From assembly GCF_000012925.1 (NCBI RefSeq), contig NC_007517.1, positions 3,840,001 through 3,872,000 on the forward strand: DNA of 32,000 bases, written 5' to 3'. The position numbers and the translations under genes were made by a program. This document shows, one piece after another, positions 26,329-32,000 of the stretch. The notes beneath the pieces were generated by a model. It was not told the DNA's origin and ran no database searches. It saw nothing but the letters and a program-made list of their open reading frames with translations. Source of the stretch: Geobacter metallireducens GS-15. GTDB taxonomy: Bacteria > Desulfobacterota > Desulfuromonadia > Geobacterales > Geobacteraceae. Each line of letters opens with the position of its first letter. The stretch's first letter is position 1.

Positions 26329-26919
26329 TTACTTCTTGATCATCTCGATTTCCAGGGTAATGGCTATTTCATCGCCCACGGCGACTCCGCCGGTTTCAAG
26401 GGCCGCATTCCAGACCAGGCCGAAATCCTTGCGGTTGATCTTGGTGGCGGCGGTGGCGCCTTTGCGGATATTCCCCCACGGGTCCTTGCTCTCCTTGGTG
26501 GGCCCTTCCACATTAAGCACTACCTGCTTGGTAACACCGTGCAACGTCAGGTCTCCCGTAACTTTCAGCTTGTCTTTGCCGTTCTTGGCCACTTTCTTCG
26601 AAACGAAGGTCATGGTCGGATATTTGGCCACATCGAAAAAATCGGCGCTGCGCAGATGCTCATCCCGCTTTTGCACGTTGGTGTTGATGGAAGCGGTGTC
26701 GATGCTGACGTTCACCTTGGACTTGGTGATGTCTTTGTCATTGATTTCAACGGTACCGCTATGCTTGTCGAAATTCCCCTTCACGTTGGACACCATCAGG
26801 TGACGGACTTTGAAACCGACATTGGAGTGGTCGGGGTCGATAGTCCAGGTGGAGGCGAAGGCAAAGGCCGGAAGGGACAGGGCGGCGATAGTGGCGATTG
26901 ATGCGATGATGCGTTTCAT
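26329..26919 (-). CDS. yceI: YceI-family periplasmic polyisoprenoid-binding protein
   Basis: 196 aa. It has a signal peptide (MKRIIASIATIAALSLPAFAFA) and the motifs WTIDPDHSNVGFKVRHLMVSNVKGNF, RDEHLRSADFFDVAKYP, GDLTLHGVTK and INRKDFG. Confidence 0.9.
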   Translation of the reverse strand: MKRIIASIATIAALSLPAFAFASTWTIDPDHSNVGFKVRHLMVSNVKGNFDKHSGTVEINDKDITKSKVNVSIDTASINTNVQKRDEHLRSADFFDVAKYPTMTFVSKKVAKNGKDKLKVTGDLTLHGVTKQVVLNVEGPTKESKDPWGNIRKGATAATKINRKDFGLVWNAALETGGVAVGDEIAITLEIEMIKK

Positions 26920-26996
26920 GAACTGTTTCTCCTTTTCTGTTGTTATGCCTGGCTGGATGCCAGATAATTTGACATTAAACTAGTTGGACAAATTTT

Positions 26997-27452
26997 TTAT
27001 GCTTGGCTGGTTCCCCCTTTCAATCCCAGTTTCTTGCACAAACTTCCCAGCTGTTCCTGCTCATCAGCGGAAAGCGTGGACATTTCGGCAACGATCGATG
27101 CCTCAACATCCGCAAACACTTTATTAATGAGTATTGTCCCCTTTTCGGTCAGATGGACAGTCAGATAGCGCCGGTCTTCCATGTCACGCTCTCGCCTTAC
27201 CAGACCCTGTTTCTCCAGGTTGTCGATCACCATGGTGATGTTGCCGGTACTCTTGAGGATCTTGGCCGCGATGTCCCGCTGGCACAATGGTCCCTTGTGC
27301 AACAAAGCTTCCAGCACGCCAAACTGGCTGATGGTCAGACCTGCTGCCGCCATCGGCCGACTAGTGCGGGAGGTCACTGACTCCGCCGCACGCATCAGCT
27401 TGGTGTAACTGTTCAGAGCACGATAGGCAGTGTAGTTGTTTGCATGTTTCAT
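26997..27452 (-). CDS. MarR-family transcriptional regulator
   Basis: The winged HTH is LTISQFGVLEALLHKGPLCQRDIAAKILKSTGNITMVIDNLEKQGLVRRERDMEDRRYLTVHLTEKG. The start was chosen at ATG 27452 (MKHANNY...) after AAGAGG. The track start at 27473 is also possible. Confidence 0.88.
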   Translation of the reverse strand: MKHANNYTAYRALNSYTKLMRAAESVTSRTSRPMAAAGLTISQFGVLEALLHKGPLCQRDIAAKILKSTGNITMVIDNLEKQGLVRRERDMEDRRYLTVHLTEKGTILINKVFADVEASIVAEMSTLSADEQEQLGSLCKKLGLKGGTSQA

Positions 27453-27474
27453 TTTCAGCCTCTTTATTTCCATG

Positions 27475-27502
27475 TCATATAGCTTAACGTTAAGCTATAT
27501 GA
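27475..27502. promoter_or_regulatory. Perfect 28-bp palindrome, candidate MarR operator overlapping the marR-yceI promoter
   Basis: TCATATAGCTTAAC|GTTAAGCTATATGA is perfectly self-complementary. It lies 22 nt upstream of the chosen marR start. A minus-strand TTGACA (27515-27520) lies upstream, so the palindrome covers the -10 and +1 region. Confidence 0.6.
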
Positions 27503-27550
27503 TTCCAGCAAACTTGTCAAACATATTTTTCATACTGGCCAATCGTATGA

Positions 27551-27563
27551 ATCTCTCCGCCAT
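27551..27563. repeat. Direct repeat copy 2 (duplicate of the tRNA-Ser 3' end), att-like
   Basis: ATCTCTCCGCCAT is identical to 21588-21600. Confidence 0.6.
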
Positions 27564-27639
27564 TCAAGAATCCGGCACAGTCCAATGCCGGCTAAAAAGC
27601 CCCGAAAAATCGGACTTTTTTATTATCCGGCAAGCAGCC

Positions 27640-27750
27640 CCCCAGAACCACTGGACTCAGAAGGCCGCAGTGGGCGAGCCGGCGGAGAACTCCTTTGGAG
27701 TTGTGGCGCGGGAGTGGCACAGCAAGTTTGCCCCCTTTTCTCCGGCAGAC
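27640..27750 (+). pseudogene. Short remnant resembling the N-terminal (arm-binding/DUF4102-like) region of a P4-type integrase
   Basis: The translation ...NHWTQKAAVGEPAENSFGVVAREWHSKFAPFSPAD* resembles the ...RK...AA..NTFE.VAREW... segment of P4-like integrases. It is only about 35 codons long, followed by a stop, and lies 80-190 nt after the att-like repeat. Confidence 0.35.
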
Positions 27751-27974
27751 TGAAACAACCGCCGGCTAACTCCCGGGAATGATGCGAGAACGGAGTCAGA
27801 ACTGACACCACCGTTCCTCAAACCGAAAATCCCTCTAAGAATCGCATAGTTACGAAGGACTCATAAGCGGAAATTAATCGCAAAATATATATACTTTCAT
27901 ACAAAAGGTGCTGTAGGATACTTGACGGAAACAGTAGTTAAATGCCGATAAGGCGCACAAGGGAGGAAGGCACG

Positions 27975-28823
27975 ATGAAGAGAGTAATTGTGGCGGTTCT
28001 CATTCCCATGGCTGTAACCATTGCCGGATGCGGTGGTGGGGGAGGCTCCAGCAGTCCGGCCACGACAGCAATCAGCGGCACTGTTGCTGATGGTTATCTC
28101 ATCGGGGCAGAGGTCTTTCTGGACAAGAACGGCAACTACCAGTGGGATAGCGGTGAGCCAAAGACGACGACTGATGCCAACGGGGCATACCGCATGACGG
28201 TATCGGCCGCCGATGCTTCCATGTACCCGGTCGTCGTCCGCGCCATTGCCGGAACGACCATTGACAAGGACACCAATACCGCGGTCGCGAACGGCTATGT
28301 CATGTCCGCCCCCGCGGGGCATCCGGGATTCATAAGCCCCATGACTACGCTTGTCAGAGAAAAAATGACGGCCAATCCCGCCATGACCCTGACCGACGCC
28401 ATGACGCAACTCCGGAACCAGATGAATCTGCCCGAGGGTATCGACGTGATGGCTGATTACATGGCACAGTCCCAGTCGGGAACAAATGGGGCTTCCTACC
28501 AGACCATGCACTCAATCGCGCAACAAATGGCGGGCCTGATGGGGGGACAGGCGAATCTGGTCATGACCGGCAGCAGTGTGCAGGTCAACCGGTACCGCGG
28601 TATGATGGCCACGATTAACGCCAATATGCCGGGGATCGCGGCAAATGTCACGAACAGTCCGTTCATGACAACCATGATGACAACCATGCAGTCACAAATC
28701 GGAGCGATACCAACGACTGGCGGCTTCGTGAACTATTCGGCCATGTTCCGCAATATGACGAGCAGCCGCTATTTCTGGAGCAACACTACTCCCATGACGC
28801 CAATGCGCGGCGGCATGATGTAA
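27975..28823 (+). CDS. Putative lipoprotein with a methionine-rich C-terminal half
   Basis: The start ATG 27975 follows GGGAGGAAGG. The signal peptide plus lipobox is MKRVIVAVLIPMAVTIAG|C, followed by a G/S linker. The C-terminal half carries many Met motifs (MAGLMGG, YRGMMATINANMPG, FMTTMMTTMQ, MTPMRGGMM). Confidence 0.7.
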   Translation: MKRVIVAVLIPMAVTIAGCGGGGGSSSPATTAISGTVADGYLIGAEVFLDKNGNYQWDSGEPKTTTDANGAYRMTVSAADASMYPVVVRAIAGTTIDKDTNTAVANGYVMSAPAGHPGFISPMTTLVREKMTANPAMTLTDAMTQLRNQMNLPEGIDVMADYMAQSQSGTNGASYQTMHSIAQQMAGLMGGQANLVMTGSSVQVNRYRGMMATINANMPGIAANVTNSPFMTTMMTTMQSQIGAIPTTGGFVNYSAMFRNMTSSRYFWSNTTPMTPMRGGMM

Positions 28824-28894
28824 CAAATCGATCCCTCGCCCGGATAGCGGTCTCGACGCCCTATCCCCAACCAGCCTGAAACACTGCACTATTT

Positions 28895-28953
28895 GCCCGC
28901 GCACCGGGATTTGGACCAGGATTTGGTCCAACCGGTCGCGGGCATGTTTTTTT
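28895..28953 (+). terminator. Rho-independent terminator downstream of the lipoprotein gene
   Basis: GCCCGCGCACCGGGATTTGGACCA-GGAT-TTGGTCCAACCGGTCGCGGGC forms a long, nearly perfect stem, followed by ATGTTTTTTT. Confidence 0.75.
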
Positions 28954-29090
28954 CACAGCCCATTGCCGCTTATCAGACTTCTCATACGGGCATCACCGGC
29001 TGACGGCAAGTGGAAATTCCATCGCACTACGGCGTAACTGTGGTATGAAAAAGGAATATCAAGCAACATCAGGCACAAAGGGAGGCGGTA

Positions 29091-30206
29091 ATGTTCGTTT
29101 CGCCCACGGTCATAGTGACGGCAATTGGCTTGATGCTCGGGCTGATTGCCGGCTTTGTCATGCACCGTGCTGACTTCTGCATTGCCGGCATGTTCCGGGA
29201 CCTGTTCCTCTTCCGGTCGACGGCCAGGCTGCGCGCCCTGGTCCTCTACCTGGCCGTGGCCATGGTGTTGTTTGAAGGTGCCCGACTCCTGGGTCTTCTG
29301 CCTCTCTATCCGTTCCCCCTCCTCGGTCCGGCGTCGCTTGCCGGTACCTTGGGAGGGGTGCTGTTCGGGATCGGCATGGTGCTGGCCGGGGGGTGTGTCG
29401 TCGGCACCCTCTACCGCCTGGGGGCAGGGAACCGCCCCAGCCTCGTTGCTTTCATCGGCCTGATCATCGGCAGCGCCCTGTACGCTGAGTTCCATCCGTT
29501 CTGGAAGAGCCTCCTGACCGCAACCACCCTCTTCTCAGGAAGCATTACCATTCCCCAATATTTCAGTCTGTCACCGACCCCCCTGATTGCCGTGGCGGTT
29601 GCCATCCTCGGCGGACTAGTCACGTTCTGGTGCCGGCACGGACAGTTGTCACGCAGGCTCTATGCCAAGGGAGCCCTGCAGCTGTGGCAGGCGGCCCTCG
29701 TGCTTGCCGGCGTCAGCCTCGCCTCGTATCTGCTGATCGGCATGCCGCTGGGGATCACAAACGCCTACGCGAAAATCGGCGCCATGGGTGAACAGCTTGT
29801 ATTCCCGGACCATGTGGCGGACCTCGGTTTTTTTGCTTCCCAGCCCCTTTCCTGCCGAAATCCCCTGACCGGCATGATGCTGACCGGAGGGCCGGGGCCG
29901 GCCCTGGACGGTATTGCCCTGATCCAGTTCCCGCTCATTGCCGGCATCATCCTGGGAAGCACGGTTTCCGCCCTCTCCCTTGGCGAATTCACCCTTGGCC
30001 ATCCCGCCCCCTGGCGGCAGTACCTTTCGGCGGCAGTGGGGGGAATCCTGATGGGGCTCGCCTCGCGCATGGCTCCTGCCTGTAATGTCTGGCATTTTCT
30101 GGGGGGGCTGCCCATCCTTGCATTTTCCAGCATTTTTTTCCTGGCAGGAATCCTCCCGGGCGCCTGGCTCGGAGCTTGCATACTAACCAGATGGGTAGTG
30201 CGCTGA
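29091..30206 (+). CDS. yeeE: YeeE/YedE-family inner-membrane sulfur (thiosulfate) transporter
   Basis: 371 aa and polytopic. The three conserved Cys contexts are RADFCIAGMFRD, LAGGCVVGTLYR and MAPACNVW. The RBS AAGGGAGG is upstream. Confidence 0.88.
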   Translation: MFVSPTVIVTAIGLMLGLIAGFVMHRADFCIAGMFRDLFLFRSTARLRALVLYLAVAMVLFEGARLLGLLPLYPFPLLGPASLAGTLGGVLFGIGMVLAGGCVVGTLYRLGAGNRPSLVAFIGLIIGSALYAEFHPFWKSLLTATTLFSGSITIPQYFSLSPTPLIAVAVAILGGLVTFWCRHGQLSRRLYAKGALQLWQAALVLAGVSLASYLLIGMPLGITNAYAKIGAMGEQLVFPDHVADLGFFASQPLSCRNPLTGMMLTGGPGPALDGIALIQFPLIAGIILGSTVSALSLGEFTLGHPAPWRQYLSAAVGGILMGLASRMAPACNVWHFLGGLPILAFSSIFFLAGILPGAWLGACILTRWVVR

Positions 30207-30240
30207 GCGTGTCGCCCTACATTTTGCCGGAGATACAATC

Positions 30241-30495
30241 ATGACATCCGCTGCTGTCGACACTATCGAATACGACATCCGGGGCCAGATATGCCCGTCC
30301 ACGCTGCTCATCGCCCTGCGGGAGATCAACAGCCATGCTGCTGCCTTGCGCAAAGGCGAGGTAGCCCTCCTGTTCCTGACCACCAATCGCGACTCGACCC
30401 ACACCATTCCCGAATCGGCGCAGAACATGGGATTTTGTGCTGTGGTGGCCCCCCGGGACGGCTACTATGCCATCAGGGTGTCCGGCAATGAGTGA
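30241..30495 (+). CDS. yeeD: TusA/YeeD-like sulfurtransferase
   Basis: 84 aa. IEYDIRGQICPSTLLIALREI is the TusA-type active-site Cys context. It lies directly downstream of yeeE. Confidence 0.85.
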   Translation: MTSAAVDTIEYDIRGQICPSTLLIALREINSHAAALRKGEVALLFLTTNRDSTHTIPESAQNMGFCAVVAPRDGYYAIRVSGNE

Positions 30496-31885
30496 GCATC
30501 AACCGCAAACCAGCGGCACGATAACGGCTCGAGTCCCTGACGGCCCCGCGGCCGAGCTCGCGCAACTCAAGGAGGAAAATGCCCGGCTCCGCGCCCGGCT
30601 CGCCAGCAAGTCCGACTACATCCGCCGCAAGGTCGACCAGATGCTCACGGTCATGGGCACCCGGCCGCTCCGCCAGGAAGAACTCGACGACAACACCTTG
30701 ATCGACGTGGACCCCTTGGGCATCCTGGTGGATTCCTTCGCCCACATCCTCGACCATCTCCACACGACAAACCGCGAACTCACCGAGAATCGGGAGTTGT
30801 TGCAGACCATCTTCTCCTCTCTCGAATCGGGCATCCTCCTGATCCGGGAGGAAGACCATGTGATCACGGACGTGAACGAAACGGCGTGCCGCAGCCTTGG
30901 GCTGAAGCGTGAAGACATCCTCGGCCAACTCTGTTTTTCGTTCATCTACCCCGACTGCACCGGTGCCTGCCCCATGAAGGAGCAGAACCTGAAAATCGAC
31001 AATTCCGAACGGATGCTCCGTGCGGCTGACGGTCACATCGTGCCGGTGCTGAAAACCGTCGGGCGGGTCATGGTGCACGGCATTCCGCACTTTCTTGAAA
31101 GCTTCATTGACATCACTGCCCAGAAAGAGGCGGAAGCAGAGATCCTGGCCCTGAATGATGACCTGGAAATGCGGGTGCAGGAACGAACGGCGGAATTGAT
31201 CCAGGCCAACCGCGAGATGGAGTCGTTCAGCTACTCCATCTCCCATGACCTGCGGGCGCCGTTACGGCACATCAACGGCTATATCAACATTCTCCGCGAG
31301 GATTATGGCGGCCATCTGGATATGGCTGGGATCAACTGCCTGCAACGGGTCGATGCCGCCAGCAAACAGATGGGAATGCTGATCGACGACCTCCTTTCCT
31401 TCTCGCGGATCCCGCGAACCCTCAAAAACCCTCAAACGGTCGACCTGAGCCAACTGGCCCGCGACGTAACCGTCATGCTCCGCGAAACGGAGCCCGACCG
31501 GCAGGTGGAGGTGGAAATCCAGGATGGATTGGTTGCCCATGGGGATGTTTCACTGTTGAACATGGTAGTCCAGAACCTGATCGGCAACGCATGGAAATTC
31601 ACGGCAAGGAGCAGCCGGGCGGCCATTTCTTTCGGGAGGAAACGACAGGGGGAGAGGGACGTATTTTTTGTGCTTGACAATGGCGTCGGCTTCGACATGA
31701 CCTATCAGAACAAGCTTTTCAAGGTCTTCGAACGGCTGAACGGCGAAGAATTTGAGGGAACCGGCATCGGCCTGGCAATAGTCAAGCGGATCGTCAACCG
31801 TCACGGCGGAGATATCTGGGCTGAGTCTTCTCCGGGCAACGGGGCAACCTTTTACTTCACGTTGGCCTCCCCGCGGCAACCTTAG
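30488..31885 (+). CDS. Cytoplasmic PAS-domain sensor histidine kinase
   Basis: The start ATG 30488 (MSEHQPQTSG...) overlaps the yeeD stop by 8 nt. It has a coiled-coil N-terminus, a PAS segment (IFSSLESGILLIREEDHVITDVNETACRSLG), the H-box ESFSYSISHDLRAPLRHINGY, the N-box NLIGNAWKF, and the G-boxes DNGVGFD and GTGIGLAIV. Confidence 0.85.
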   Translation: MSEHQPQTSGTITARVPDGPAAELAQLKEENARLRARLASKSDYIRRKVDQMLTVMGTRPLRQEELDDNTLIDVDPLGILVDSFAHILDHLHTTNRELTENRELLQTIFSSLESGILLIREEDHVITDVNETACRSLGLKREDILGQLCFSFIYPDCTGACPMKEQNLKIDNSERMLRAADGHIVPVLKTVGRVMVHGIPHFLESFIDITAQKEAEAEILALNDDLEMRVQERTAELIQANREMESFSYSISHDLRAPLRHINGYINILREDYGGHLDMAGINCLQRVDAASKQMGMLIDDLLSFSRIPRTLKNPQTVDLSQLARDVTVMLRETEPDRQVEVEIQDGLVAHGDVSLLNMVVQNLIGNAWKFTARSSRAAISFGRKRQGERDVFFVLDNGVGFDMTYQNKLFKVFERLNGEEFEGTGIGLAIVKRIVNRHGGDIWAESSPGNGATFYFTLASPRQP

Positions 31886-31899
31886 GCCCCCATCCATGA

Positions 31900-32000
31900 T
31901 CAGTGGCTGTGCCTGTGGTGGATATCGGGCCAGTGAACGTGAGAATGGGTGAGCGGCTCATGCAGGTGGGGATGGTCATGGGGCTCCGTCCCCTCACCTT
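31900..32000 (-). CDS. 3' end of an unidentified gene encoding a histidine-rich C-terminal tail (the 5' part lies beyond the window)
   Basis: Manual minus-strand translation gives ...GEGTEPHDHPHLHEPLTHSHVHWPDIHHRHSH*, with the stop TGA at 31902-31900. It is not in the ORF track because it has no start in the window. The call rests only on an open frame and composition. Confidence 0.35.
   Translation of the reverse strand, partial: GEGTEPHDHPHLHEPLTHSHVHWPDIHHRHSH

Noticed and set aside
26940-26996. AATTTG...CAAATT inverted repeat between marR and yceI, considered as a second MarR operator.
   Set aside because: The arms are only 6 bp, the spacer is 17 nt, and there is no similarity to the perfect palindrome at 27475-27502.

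Overview
High-GC window that looks like Geobacter/Desulfuromonadales (inferred from gene content and synteny; no search was run). It has three parts.

(1) 1-3123, minus strand: the 5' part of dnaX, an SRP (4.5S) RNA, tRNA-Ser(GGA) and an ABC exporter.

(2) 3399-11946, plus strand: a seven-cistron hdrC-hdrB-hdrA-mvhD-FeS-FeS-flavoprotein (Hdr/Flx-like) operon.
- The gaps between its cistrons carry long imperfect inverted repeats built from reiterated 7-9-mers.
- An IS110-family element (8808-9967) sits inside one arm of the third repeat.
- The IS's 178-nt 5' leader folds into two stem-loops. Their internal loops match the insertion site and the IS ends, as expected for a bridge RNA.
- Joining the two IS ends would create a TTGACT-17 nt-TATGTT promoter.

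(3) 12174-21399: housekeeping and signalling genes. These are a sensor kinase, an aminotransferase, pgeF, rluD, degP/htrA, an XRE-cupin regulator and a PilZ operon.

After that, tRNA-Ser(CGA) (21510-21599) is followed by a roughly 6-kb islet that looks lower in GC.
- The islet is bounded by a 13-bp direct repeat of the tRNA 3' end (21588-21600 and 27551-27563).
- It carries integrase remnants, truncated hydrolase and nitroreductase genes, an IS4-family element with a 9-bp target duplication, a NUDIX gene, yceI and marR with a perfect 28-bp palindromic operator.

The window ends with a Met-rich lipoprotein gene, a yeeE-yeeD(tusA-like)-PAS histidine kinase operon, and a partial minus-strand ORF with a His-rich tail. 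No CRISPR array and no rRNA were seen. Many long antisense ORFs in the track are GC-driven shadows.
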